Assembly (NCBI RefSeq): GCF_044704955.1
Contig: NC_091987.1
Location: 26,102,001 to 26,166,000, forward strand
DNA length: 64,000 nt
DNA from: Pristiophorus japonicus
Lineage: Eukaryota
Reading direction: 5' to 3'
The notes beneath the pieces are model-generated. The model made no database searches. It was not told the DNA's origin and saw nothing but the letters and a program-made list of their open reading frames with translations. Positions within the stretch are counted from its first letter, which is position 1, and each line of letters opens with the position of its first letter. Position numbers and translations under genes: made by a program. This document shows positions 13,021-25,811 of this stretch, piece by piece.

Positions 13021-13187
13021 AGAGGGGTGCTGCTTCAAATCAGAGTGGCCGGACTCTCAAACCCGCAATACCTCATAATGTTGCTCATATTTTCCTCATT
13101 GATTTGAAAAGAGCGGTTTGGCTTTTGACAGACTCCATGCTCCTGTCCTCGGTCCCTTCATTATTAATACAATAACTTAATTTAAAT

Positions 13188-13698
13188 ATGTATCTGTTAC
13201 TGGCTCTGATGATCTTATTTCACCGTAAGGCAGTTTTTGAAACAATAAATCTTGTCAGTCACTTTCCTTTCTTCTTTCTTTCTTTCTTTCTTTTCCTCTT
13301 TCCTTCTTTATTTCTTGAATCTCTCATTCGCTCATTCTTTCATTGTACAAATCGACAATGCCCATGTGCAGTGACTTCCTCGTCTTCCCGCCTCTTTCCC
13401 AGCCGTGAACTCACTGAATATCCGGCAGACTCCCGCCGCTGTCCCCAGATTTCCCGGGGAGGGAGTGGAACTGAAATGCGCTGTGAAGGGTCCCAGGAAC
13501 CCTGAGATGTTGTGGTGCAGGCAGGGCCCAGGGAAGGCGCCGCAGTTGACATTTTACTCCCCAACTAGGCAAAGTGTGACCGCAGAGGGGATGGCGGATG
13601 GCTTTACCACCGAGCGACCGAATAGCAATTAGATCAACATGAAGTCCTCTCGCCTGCGGGCGGATCGGTCGACCGTGTATTACTGCGCCTGGGGTCTG
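13188..13698 (+). pseudogene. TRBV: TCR V pseudogene A3 (leader 13188-13224, V exon 13403-13698)
   Basis: MYLLLALMILFH leader; in-frame TAG 13630-13632; WYRQ changed to WCRQ; intact RSS CACAGTG-23-GCACAAACC (13699-13737). Confidence 0.9.
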
Positions 13699-14531
13699 CA
13701 CAGTGACTCAGGGAGATGGAGGGGTTCGGCACAAACCCCAAAGGCGGCAGGAAACACCTGTGGATGCTGCACCAGCGCACTGCCGAGTCCGTTTGGGTTT
13801 ATGTTGGCGAGTGAACATGCTTTTGAGAAGAGGAAGAGATGGGTTAGAATAAACCGAGAGGCTAGTTACAGTGGCATTGGAGAAGGTGCAAATAAAAATT
13901 AACAAGCATGACACCAGAATTGAAATGCTCAAAATAGGTAGTATAAAAAGTAAAAATTAGATTTAAATAAGACAGCAGAGAAGGTGCAAAGAACGGTTAA
14001 ATTATATCTGATAAAGAACGATAGTACGAAAGGAGGATAGAAAGATAGAATAATATAGCGTATTCTTGGGTTAATGTTGCAGAGCGACCATGTTTTGACA
14101 AGAAATGGATATGAAAAATCGTGAGATATTAGATGTAGAGGCTGAGGAGAGGGTGCATAGAAAATTTCACGAACATGACCCCAGATATGACAGGTTGTAA
14201 CTGTCAGGCGAATAAAAAGACTTGTATTTTTTATACCAACAATGTGTTTTCTTTCTCGACAGGGACAGTAGAGGGCGCTCAGTGACCATGAAATACACCG
14301 TTGAGTGTAAAATGGTTTGATGGGAACACAGGATGAGTAGAAGGGCCATTCAGTCCCTCGGGCCTGTTACACAGGATAAGGAGGAGACCATTCAGACTGC
14401 TTGAGCCTGTTACACAGGATGAGGAGGCGATCATTCAGTTCCGCGATTCTTTCACACAGGAACAGGAGGGGACCATTTAATACCTGGAACCTGTTACACC
14501 AGAATAGTAGGATGCCATTTAAAAGGAAGGA

Positions 14532-14583
<52 letters not shown>

Positions 14584-15317
14584 AGTAAGTATTTTTCGGG
14601 TAGATAGATATTTTTTATCGAAAAATTAAGTAAATAAATTAAATTAATTAAAGACGGGATGGACATATAGATAACAAAAGTGTTACTATTTTGTTTGAAC
14701 TATTGAGTGACATTTTCCACATCAGTTCCTGAGAATTACGGGTGGAGCTCCAATAAAACAAGTGGCTCCCAAATAACTACAGGTCCCCCCGGGATTGGAA
14801 TATTATGCTGCCTTTGGCGAATTAGTTAAAAAATGAATTGTCCCATAATGCATGTGTCTGTTGAGTAGCCCAGCAGGAGGCCGCTCAGCCGCTCGAACAT
14901 GTTCCACCATCCAATTAGATCATGGCAGACCAATGCCTTAACATCATTTATTTGCCTTGATCTTGTAATACTTAATACTCTTGCCCCACAAAAATCCTAT
15001 CTCTCACAGTTTAGAAAATTTAATTGACCCGCAGCTTCAACAGCTTTTTGGGGGAGTGAGTCCAGATTTGCACCACGCTTTGTGTGAAGTAATGCTTCCT
15101 GTCATCACGCTGAATGGCCTGGCTCCAGCATGAAGTTTATCGACCAATCAGAGCGGGAGAGGAGGAGCCGCCAACCAGAGAGGGAGGGGCCTGCATCACT
15201 TCCTTACGACCATCATATTTTCCGCAATGATTTGAAAGGGGCGAGTGGGATCCTGAAATGACTCAACGCTCTTGTTTTCTCTGATTTTATTGTTTAAAGT
15301 ACATATTAAATTAAAAG

Positions 15318-15969
15318 ATGTATCTGTTGCTGAGTCTCATTATCTCATTTCACTGTAAGTGATTATTTCACACAATAATCGTTGTGAATAACCTCCTTGT
15401 TTATTTTTTTCTTTCTTTCCTTCATTCTTTCATTCTTCCTTGCGGTCTTTCTTTCCTGCTTACGTTCTTTCTCTTTTCTGTCTTTCCCTTCATTCTTTAA
15501 TGCTTTATTTCTTTCTTTCTGTCCTTCAATCATTCTTTCTTTGTTTCTTTCTTTGTTTCTTTATTTCCTTCTTTCTTTCTTTCCTACTTTCTTTCCTTCA
15601 TTACTTCATTCTTTCTCCACTGCCCAGCATGCCCGTGCTTACTGACCTTCTCCTCTCTCTGTCTCTTTCTCAGACGTGAACTCAGAGAGGATCCGCCAGA
15701 CTCCAATCGCTGTCTCTAAACTTCCTGCGGAGGGAGTGGAACTGAAGTGCGTCGTGGAGGGAGCCAGTAGCGGTTCCATGTTCTGGTACAGGCAAGACCC
15801 GGGGAAGGGGCCGCAGTTGATGTTTTACTCCCCAGCTGTACAAAGCGTGATGGCAGAGGGGTCGCTGGATGGGTTTACCGCCGAGCGACCAAATGGCAAT
15901 GAGTTGAAGCTGAAGTCCTCCCGCCTGCGGGCGGATCAGTCGGCCGTGTATTACTGCGCCTGGAGTCTG
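15318..15969 (+). CDS. TRBV: TCR V gene segment A4, probably functional (leader 15318-15354, V exon 15674-15969)
   Basis: MYLLLSLIISFHY-VNSERIRQTP...ELKC...MFWYRQ...SAVYYCAWSL; canonical splice sites. Confidence 0.92.
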
Positions 15970-16008
15970 CACAGTGACTCAGGGAGATGGAGGGGCTCGA
16001 CATAAACC
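15970..16008 (+). other. 23-RSS of A4
   Basis: CACAGTG-23 nt-ACATAAACC. Confidence 0.95.
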
Positions 16009-16354
16009 CCAAAGGCGACAGGAAACACCTGTGGATGGTGAACCAGCGTGGTGCAGAGTCCTGATGGGTTTATTTTGCATAGGGAACATGTTTTGAGAAG
16101 AAGAAGAGACTGGTTAGAATAAAAGTGAGAAATTAGATTTTGGAAAGGTGCTGGAGAAAATGTAAAGTACGATTAAGTTAGGTATAGTGAAGAACGATAG
16201 AACAAAAGCAAGATAGAAAGACATAAATAAATGGAAAGCATGAAAAGATAAAAAGAAGATTTAAAGAAATAAATAGAGAAAGAAAGAATGATATATTGAA
16301 AGAAAGAAGGCGGAGAAGAAAGGAGGATGGAAAGAATTAATCTTAGAATCAAAA

Positions 16355-17275
16355 AATCATAAAAATTTACAGCATGGATGGAGATTAGTTCGGCCCATTG
16401 TGTCTGCGCCGGCAGACCAAGAGCTCTCCAGCCTAAACCCAATTTCCGGCTCATGGCCCATAGCCCTGTAGGTTACGGCACTTTAAGTGCACATCCAAGT
16501 ATATTTTAAATACGCTGAGTGTTGCTGCATGTACCATCCTTTCAGGCAGTGAGTTGCAGACTCATACCACCGATTGCGTTAAGAAATCTTCACTTATATC
16601 ACTTCTAAACCTCCCACGAATTAATTTAAATGTTTGCCTCCTGGTTGTTGACCCCTCTGCGAATGAAAGCAGGTTCTTCCTATCCATTCTATCTAGGCCC
16701 CTGCTAATGTTATACATTTCAATCAGGCCTCCCCTTAGTCTCCTCTGTTCCAAAGAAAACTGACCCAAAATCTCCAATCTTTACTCATAGCCAAAATCCT
16801 CCAGTCCAGGCAACATACTCGTAAATCTCCTCTGCACTATTTCCAGTACAATCACATCTTTTGTTTAATGTGGTGACAAGAACTGCACCCAGTACTCCAG
16901 CTACGGCCTTACGAGTGTTTTATACAGCTAAAGCATAGCCCCCCACCGTACTCTTTTATTCCATGCCTCGACTAATAAAGCAAGTATTCCATATGCCTTC
17001 TTAACCACCTTACCTACCAGGTCTGCTACCTTCAGGGATCTGTGGACCTGCACTCCAAGTTCCCTTTGCTCCGCTACACTTTTCAGTGTCATACCATTTA
17101 ATGTGTATTCCCTTTCCTTGTTGGACCTTCCGAAATGCATTATCTGACACTTAGCCGGATTGAATTGCATTTGCCACTATTCTGCCCACCTGACCAGTTC
17201 ATTGATATCTTCCTGCAGTCTGCAGCTTTCTTCTTCATTATCAACCACACAGCCTATTTTATGTCATTGGCAAAG
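16355..17275 (-). mobile_element. CR1 LINE 3' fragment (cassette paralog)
   Basis: ORFs 16562..16777 and 16928..17170 are CR1 RT tail. Confidence 0.85.
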
Positions 17276-17790
17276 TAATGACGGAAAGAGATAATGTAAT
17301 AAAGAAAGCAAGGAAGAATGAAAGAAGAAAGAAAGGGACAACGAGTAGAAGAACAAAGTAAGAAACAAAGAAAGAATGGATAGAAAGAAATAAAGGAGGT
17401 AAAAAGACTGTCGGGACTTTGTACACGGTCAGTATGCGTCCCTTCTCCAGAGAGACAATAGAGGGCGCTGTAGGAAAATGAATCACAGTTGCTTTTAATC
17501 TGGTTTACCATGGAACAGGAGACCATTCAGTCCCCTAGAGCAAGTTACACAGGAACAGGAAAACTTCATTCAGTCGCATTCGGATCATATGCACTGGGAT
17601 AGGCGGAAGCCATTGAGCCCCTCGAGCTAGTTACATACTTTATATCTGTGCCCTCGGGCTAACTGCCCTCCTGTCAATGGATATCGTTGCTACACATCAT
17701 GTCTATTAAAAAACTTCTTAAGTTTGAATAGCTCCATTTATTTTCTCCTTGATCTTCTGTGCTGTATCATTCTGTGAATTTGCCTCACGA

Positions 17791-17836
17791 GCCAATGAAT
17801 GGGATGGGTGGTGGTTTATGCAGGAAGTGACGTAAG
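17791..17836 (+). promoter_or_regulatory. V promoter: CCAAT box plus overlapping ETS-CRE motif (CAGGAAGTGACGTAA)
   Basis: About 120-160 bp upstream of the B3 ATG; GGAAGTGATG variants at 3066 and 9463 and inverted at 15194-15203; resembles the TCR V-beta decamer AGTGAYRTCA. Confidence 0.65.
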
Positions 17837-17953
17837 TGAGACAATTGCAACCGGACGCTTCATATTTAATCAAATCCAACAGAGTAACTGCCTTTAATCC
17901 TGGCATTGAGCTACACCCGCTCTCAAAGCCAGGCATTGGCGACTGAATAGATC

Positions 17954-18876
17954 ATGTTTCATGAAACTCATTATCTAACCTTCATGGTGGCACTCATCCC
18001 ACGTGAGTCAAATTTACAAACTTATACAGAGCTCTTTGTAGAACAATGCGTTCTAATATCAGCTGTGGTTCAGCTGGTAGAAATCATGCCTCTGATTCAA
18101 AGTTTTTGGATTCGAATCTTACTCCTGAAACAAGAGCCCAAAATTCTACACTGACACTCCCGAGACCAGTGCTGAGGGAGCGCTGCACTTTCGCAAGTGT
18201 CATCTTTCGAATAAGGCATGAAACCGAGCTGCCTTCTCAGGTGGCGGTAAATTATCACAGGATACTATTGGAAGAAGAGCAGGTAAGTCCTCGCCGGTGT
18301 CCAGGGCCAACATCCCACAGTAAACATAACAAATACTCAGACGTACGCATCATTTATTTCAATGTAGTATATGGGAGCTTGCTGGGGTCAATTTGGCCAT
18401 CTGCTCTCCTACATTCCAACAATGTTTACACTTTAATCAGTACTTCCTTGGTTGCAATGAGCGTCGGGTCTTTTTGAAGTCGTGAATGCTGCTTTATGAT
18501 TGGAAGTTTTCTTCTGTATATAGTCCCTGTTCTAATCAATTATTGACAACAATTAGAATTTAATCGGTGTTCAATTCGACAGGAATACTCGCCTCGTATG
18601 TGGAGCAGTCGCCTTCTCTTCTATCGATGGGAGCAGGAGAGTCGGAAATACTTCGATGCACGATGACCAATACTGGCTATTCCAGAATGTTGTGGTACAG
18701 ACAACAACCCAACCGGGCACTGGAAACCCTTTTCTCTTCTGCTGGAGAAGGTTCTGTTCAGCAGTACACGACCGAGTCCTTTAAGGCCACAAGAAGCAGC
18801 ACCATGCTGTTTACTCTAAAACTGAGTGCCACCTCTCCATCTCACACCGCTGTCTACTACTGTGCCTGCAGTAGAG
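17954..18876 (+). CDS. TRBV: TCR V gene segment B3, probably functional (leader 17954-18002, V exon 18583-18876)
   Basis: MFHETHYLTFMVALIPR-ILASYVEQSP...LRC...MLWYRQ...YYCACSR. Confidence 0.9.
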
Positions 18877-18914
18877 CACAGAGTTTGAGAAAGCAGCGCC
18901 CTGTTACAAAAACT
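18877..18914 (+). other. RSS of B3 (22-bp spacer)
   Basis: CACAGAG-22 nt-ACAAAAACT. Confidence 0.88.
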
Positions 18915-20812
18915 TGCTCTCGATGAATGGGAGCTCAGTGCAAGTTGTCCGCCACCAGCTGGCTGCAGTAGGTTTTATTTCAGAGCAAGTTCTGCCACCA
19001 CATCATACAATCATAGAATGGTAAATCGTGGAAGGAGTTAATTCTGCTCCACCTAACTGTATGGGCACTTTGGAAGAGCAAGCCAATTAGTTTATTCGTC
19101 TGCCATTTTCCCATATACTAGAAAACTCCTCCGCCTTATAGTGTGTATCTAACACCCTTTTGAATGTTATTATTGATTCTGTTTCCTCGTCCTTTCGGGC
19201 AGTGTATTCCAAACAACAATAAATAACTGCAAAAGCTCCCCTTGTCCATACCTAGTTCTTGAATCTGAATAATCTGGATACTGACCGTCAAGAACATTTG
19301 AACATAAGGAACAGGGGCAGGAGTAGTCCATACAACCCCTCGAGCCTGCTCTGGCTTTCATTAAGGGCCTCTCCCTTATCATGAGACTGTACCCACTAGT
19401 TCTACACACTCCAGCCACGGCAAACATCCACATTTACCCTGTCAATCCCCGTCAGAACTTATATGTTTCAATGACATCACCTCTCATTCTTCTAAACTGC
19501 AGAGAATATAGGCCCATTCTACACAATCTCTGTCACTGGAAAAAGATTCTACTTATACACTAACCAACCCCTTCATTCTTTTGAACAGCCAATCAACCAT
19601 ATATACATAATAACATAAGAAATAGGATAAGGATTAGGCCATTCGGCCCCTCGAGCCTGCTCCATCATTCGATAAGGTCATGGCTGATCTTCTACCTCAA
19701 AGTGACATTCCTGCACGATCCTCATATCAGTTGAATATATAAAAATCTATCGATCTATGTCTTGAATATAGACTGAGCTTCCATAGCCCTCTGAGCTAGA
19801 TAATTCCAAAGATTCCCCACCCTCTGATTGAAGAAGTTTCTGCTCATCTCGGTCCTAAATGGCCGACCCTTTATTCTGGTTCTAGACTGCCCAGACAAGG
19901 GATACATCCTCCCTGCAACTACCCTGTCAATACCTGTAGAAATTATGCATATTTCAATGAGATCACTTGGAAATAAAGGCCTGGTCTACACAATCTCTCC
20001 GCCTAGGACAATGTATTTCATTATTTCTTTCTCCATATCTTTCAACTCTACTCTCTCTCTATCGGCTTTTTTCTAATCAATGCTGCACTGTGCTCGGCGA
20101 AAGCATTCTAGCGATTCTAACGTCGGTTTCAAGGAGTGAGCAATTTTGCGATATGCGTTTGCAGTACTCACTCGAAGTGCAAAAGGGTTAACTTATTTAC
20201 TTGTAATTCACACAACGGACATTGCTGTTGCACTGTGTACAGGAAGCCTGCTCCTCTGAAAACGATCTGAAAGCAGTTTGACATCAGTTTGCAAAGGAGG
20301 GAAGGCAATTTTCTCGAGGTATTGGCTTTCTGTAATTCTGCTTGGCAATTCCTGTATGTATGAATTAGCAAACCCTAATGTACCCATTTTGCACCGTTGC
20401 TATCGGGTTAACGACACTTAATGTTCGTCTTGATGAGATTATTGATTGATATATTATTCTTCCTTATCCAAATACAAAAACTTTTCTGTTCTTTGATCCG
20501 AGTAAGACTTAGTTTTATCTGCTAAAGATCATCCGAAAATTATCCAAATTCCCTCTTTCAGATCTGACCGGATTTGTCTTTGTCCTTTCCACTTTCGAGT
20601 TTGGCATATTTATCCTTTTATTAGTTCGAGAAACCCGACGTATAATTGGACTTAGCCTTTAGAGCAAATCGAAGCGATTTCAGAAAATTAATGTGTTCCA
20701 TTCCTTTACTCTCTCTGCTGCTCCTGCCTCTGTCCCTTTCCTACTACTTGACACCCTTTATTGTCTTCTCACTGACGGATCGGCCTTACTGTAACCCCGA
20801 GCAATCGTACAA

Positions 20813-20935
20813 CACTGTGCGCATCGAGGCTCGCCACACAGTAATACATGCCACTGTCCTGGGCCGGGGCAGAAAGACACCTCCTCCAGCGGCGATAGGA
20901 AGCGGCCGTTTGCTAATGATGGCGAAGGTAGCGGT
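20813..20935 (-). pseudogene. Inverted TCR V 3' fragment with heptamer
   Basis: Minus strand reads APAQDSGMYYCVASLDA followed directly by CACAGTG (plus-strand CACTGTG 20813-20819); nonamer degenerate; frameshifted and truncated upstream. Confidence 0.8.
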
Positions 20936-21864
20936 GGTGAAAGAAAGAAAGAAAAACATGGATTTCTATAGCCCCAGGATTACATCACACAGGGTGACAT
21001 AGAGCACAGAAACATAGAGTTATAGAATCATAGAAATTTACAGCTTGAAAGGAGGTCATTTCGGCCCATCGTTTCCATTGCGGCCCACTAAGAGCTATGC
21101 AGCCTATCCCCACTTTCCGGCTCTTGGTCTGTTGCCCTGTAGCTTATGGCACTTCAAGTGCGCATCCGAGTACTTTTTAAATGTGGTGAGAGTTTCTGCC
21201 TCTTCCATTCTTTCAGGCAGTGAGTCCCAGATCCCCACCTCCCTCTGGGTGGATCAATTTCTCCTCAAATCCCTTCTAAACCTCCTACCAAATACTTTAA
21301 ATCTATGCCCCTGGTTATGACCTCTTTGCCAAGGGAAATACGTCCTTCCTAGCCACTCTATCCAGGCCCTTCATAATTGTATACAGCTCAATATGGTCTG
21401 CCCTCAACCTGCTCCGTTTCGGCGAAAACAATCCAATCTTTCCCCATAGCCAAAATTCTCCAGTCCAGCCAACGTCCTCGTAAACCACCTCTGTGCACTG
21501 TAGTGATGCTGCTCAGGATGATGCTGAAGTTGATGATTGTGATGAGATTTATGATGACGTAGATGACGATGGTGTTGAGGATAATTATTACTATGATAGT
21601 GATAGGTCCAACACAGAATACTCGTATCATTTGCAGGAAAAAATACTGAAATAGTTCAGTAGAGAAATAAATCCAATAGCGAATTCCGGAGAAACAACTT
21701 TACCAGAGAGTGATGGGAATGTGGAAACAACTGTCAAAGGGACCTTTGAATTCCATATTGGGATTTGAGCATCGCTGTCAAGCCCAGCATTTATTGCCTA
21801 TCCCTAATTGCGCTTGGGAATGTGGGGGTGAGCTTGGAAGTATATCGCCATTCCTTCATCATAC

Positions 21865-22826
21865 ATTAATGATTTGGATGAAGGAATTGAATGTAATATC
21901 TCCAAGTTTGCAGATGTCTCTAAGCTGTGTGGCAGTGCGAGCTGCGAGGAGGATGCTAAGAGGCTGCAGGGTAATTTGGACAGTTTAGGTGAGTGGGAAA
22001 ATGCATGGCTGATGCAGTATAATGTGGATAAGTGTGAGTTTATCCACTTTGGTGGCAAAAACAGGAAGGCAGATTATTATCTGAATAGTGACAGATTAGG
22101 AAAAGGGGAGCTGCAACGAGACCTGGGTGTCATGGTACGTCAGTCATTAAACGTTGGCATGCTGGTACAGCAGGTGGTGAAGAAGGCAAATGGCATGTTG
22201 GCCTTCATAGCGAGATGATTTGAGTATAGGAACAGCGAGGTCTTACTGCAGTTGTACAGGGCCTTGGTGAGGCCGCACCTTGAATATTGTGTCCAGTTTT
22301 GGTCTCCTAATCTGAGGAAGAACACTCTTGTTATCGAGGGAATGCAGCGAAGGTTCACGAGACTGATTCCCGGGATGGCAGGACTGACATATGAAGAAAT
22401 ATTGGATCGACTAGGCTTATATTCACTCGAATTTAGAAGAATGAGAGGAGATCTCATGGAAACATATAAAATTCTGACGGGATTGGACAGGTTAGATGCA
22501 GGAGGAATGTTCCCGATGTTGGGGAAATCCAGAACCAGGTGTCACAGTCTAAGCCATTTAGGACCGAGATGAGGAGAAACTTCTTCACTCAGATAATTGT
22601 GAACCTGTGGAATTCACTACCACAGGAAGTTGTTGAGGCCAGTTCGTTAGATATATTCAAAAGTGAGTTAGATGTGACCCTTATGGCTAAAGGGATCAAG
22701 GGGTATGGAGAGAAAGCAGGAATGTGGTACGGAAGTTGCATGATCAGCCATGATCATATTGAACGCTGGTGCAGGCTCAAAGGACCGAATGGCCTACTCC
22801 TGCACCTATTTTCTGTGTTTCTATGT
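21865..22826 (+). mobile_element. CR1 LINE 3' fragment
   Basis: [23 protein letters not shown] motifs; TTTCTATG tail. Confidence 0.9.
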
Positions 22827-23746
22827 ATCATCGTCGCTGGGTCAAAATCCTGGAACTCCCTCATCTAACAGCATGGTGGGAGTGCCTTCACTACACGGAC
22901 TGCAGTGGTTCAAAGAGACGGCTCACCATGCTCCCTCAGCACTGTCCCTCCGACAGTGAGGCGCTCCCTCAGCACTGCCCCTCCGACAGTGCATCACTTC
23001 CTCAGTACTGCACTGCACTGCCATTCTAGACATTTGTTCTTAAGTGCATGCGATGGGCCTCAAACCCACGATCAGCTGACTCAGTGTCGAGTGCGCTACC
23101 AAGTGGACCACTGGTCACACATAGTGAGGCATTGCAACTTAAATTTTGGAATAGAGGCTGTGAATTAAATGAACTTTTAGCTAGTTCATTCACCATCTCC
23201 GACAATCTCCCCTCCTTGAACACGTTCCTTATAACCTACCTCTTTGATGTTTCAAGCTTTTGGCCGCCTCTCATAGTAGGCCACCTTAAGTGACTTAGTT
23301 TCAAATTATGACCATGCGAACAATGACGGACAATTAAAGACTCTTTGGTCCATCGAGCCTATCCTACATAATTGCGACATCCTCTTTATCACAATATATG
23401 CACTCCACCCCTCCCGAAACCATGTGATCGCCTTTCCAACTTTGGGGTATAAATCTGGCAAATTCTTCTCCGATTCCTCCAGGGATTCAGAACAAGTCGA
23501 GAAGATCACTCTGGCTATTAAATTTCCTGCAGTACCTACGTTCTGTAAGAGGTGATCTCTGCCCCAGCCAGAAAAAAAACACGCCTTTTGCTTGAAGGAA
23601 TTCAGCGAAACTGCATCCACCACATGAAACGGCAGTTTTTTCCAGAGTTCTACTTTTCTCTGGGAAAAGAACCACCTCCTGAAGTCGAACCTAGATCTAG
23701 CTAGTTACAACTTAAATTTGTGATCGTCTACTCCTGCCTAAGCTTT

Positions 23747-24003
23747 TGTAATGTATTTGCTTCATTGGGTCTTTGCTTAAGAATTCATAGCAACCCATTG
23801 CTATCAAGAACTAGTTGGTTTATTAAAAATGTTATCAATCACATTAAGCTTGACCAGTTCATCCACTCGGCTCACAGTTGCATACTTCATCGTGGTTGAG
23901 CTAGACCCAACTGACTGGGGTTTTATTGAGACTTGTGAAAATCAAGTGACTGGCTCCATCACTCCACAAATCTTTGTGCACACTCACAGGTGCATACATT
24001 ACA
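23747..24003. mobile_element. Probable solo LTR (257 bp)
   Basis: TG...CA ends with a perfect 10-bp inverted repeat TGTAATGTAT/ATACATTACA; AATAAA on minus strand; no clear TSD. Confidence 0.5.
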
Positions 24004-24554
24004 CCTACGCATTGAAGCAAACTGTCAACTGCGACACAATCTATTCATTTCATTATCTTATAAGCCACAATTTGATCACTCCTATCTCTAACCTTCTCTA
24101 AACTAGAGTCCCGACTCTTTTAACCTATAAGGAAATGCTTTAGACTCGGAATTAATCTAGTGGCCCTCCAGTGCCACCTCTCCGAAGCCTGAATATCACG
24201 CACCATGTGAGGAGACCAAAACTGGAAACAGTATTCCAGGTGCGTCCTGACGAATGTAAGAGTATTCCTCGTTTTATTCTCATTCGCTCTATGATACGCC
24301 CAACAGCCTATTTGCCCCATCCATTTCTTCACACCATTGCTCATGTAGTTCGATAATGCTCCTGTGAAGCGCATTGGGACGTTAAAGGCGCTATATAAAT
24401 GCATGTTGATGTTGTTGTTGTTGTTGTTATTGGCTAATTCTCATCTACCGATTATTTTGGGCACAGTACCAAGCAGAATTCGAGTATGGTTTGAAATATC
24501 AAGAGGACGCGCAGGCACTGACTCATATTTTGTACGCAATTAATGACTTGAACA

Positions 24555-24590
24555 TGGCGACGTCATTGGGGGAATGACGTCAGTTCCGGG
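24555..24590. promoter_or_regulatory. Double CRE/ETS promoter element
   Basis: CGACGTCA and TGACGTCA (24575-24582) followed by TTCCG; lies between two leader-like ORFs. Confidence 0.55.
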
Positions 24591-24899
24591 GACTCGGTTT
24601 CTGCTGCGCACCTGGACGGTCGGTCAGTCAGGATCGGAGGCACCTTGTGTGAGAAACCGATAATTGCAGCAATCAATCCGGCCGCTTCAATCGAATTACG
24701 CAAATAGCTTTAATTGTCTTTACTCTTCTGCTTTCCTGTCCGGTAAGATCCTGCATACACATAAGATTATAATGCAGAACGATGTGTTGCATTAGACTGT
24801 AGATTTCAGGAAACTAACAAGGGTAGAATTGCGGCTGAGTCGGTAAAAATTCGTCCATGGCTTTGACGTATTACGAGTGTTGAATATGAAACTCAGAGC

Positions 24900-25790
24900 T
24901 AGATGATATAGACAGGCTAAGTGAGTGCACAAAAGCATGGGCAAATGGAATATTACGTGGAGAATTGTGAAGTTATCCACTTTGGTAGGAAAAATCAAAA
25001 AGCAGAGTATTTTTTAAATGGTGAGAGATTGGGAAATGTTGGTGTTCAGAGGGACCTGGGTGTCGTTGTACACGAATCACTGAAAGTTAACATGCAGGTA
25101 CAGCAAGCAATTAAGAAAGTGAATGATATGTTGGCCTTTATTACAAGAGAATTTTAGTATGAGTAAAGACTTCATCCTGCAATTATATAGGACCCTAGTG
25201 AGACCGCACCTGGAGTATTGTGTACAATATTGGTCTCCTTACCGAAGGAACAAAGATTCACCAGACTGATTCCTGGGATAGGGAAATTGTCCTAAGAGGA
25301 GAGATTTAGTGGACTAGGCCTATATTCTCTAGCGTTTAGAAGAGCGCTGATCTCATTGAAACATACAACATTCTTACAGGGCGTGACAGGGAGGATAAGG
25401 AGATGAAGCTCCCGTGGATGGAGAATCCAGAACCAGAGGTCATAGTCTCAGGATAAGGGGTCGGCCATTTGTGACTGAGGTGAGGAGGAATTTCTTCACT
25501 CAGAGGGTGGCGAATCTCTGGAATTCTCTGCCCAGAGGGCTGCGGAGGCTCAGTCAATGAATGTATTCCAGACAGAGTTCAATAGATCTTTAAAAATAAG
25601 GGAATCAAGGCATATGGGGATAGAGCAGGGAAGTGGAGTTGAGGTAGAAGATCAGCCATGAACTCATTGAACGATGGCTGTGGGGAAAGTGCAGGGAGGA
25701 GGGAGTGGGACTAATTGCAGAGCCCTACCAAAGATCTCGCACAGACACGATGGGCCAAATGGTCTCCTTCTGTGCTTTCAGATTTAATAT
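24900..25790 (+). mobile_element. CR1 LINE 3' fragment in the presumed intron of V pseudogene C
   Basis: NCEVIHFGRKN...QRDLGV motifs. Confidence 0.85.
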
Positions 25791-25811
25791 ATTCTCTTCA
25801 ATTTTTTTTAG

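Noticed and set aside
20065-20140. GCTTTTTTC-12-CACTGTG resembling a J/D-type 12-RSS
   Set aside because: Downstream LGESILAIL lacks FGxG and a convincing splice donor, and there is no 3' RSS for a D segment; probably a chance match
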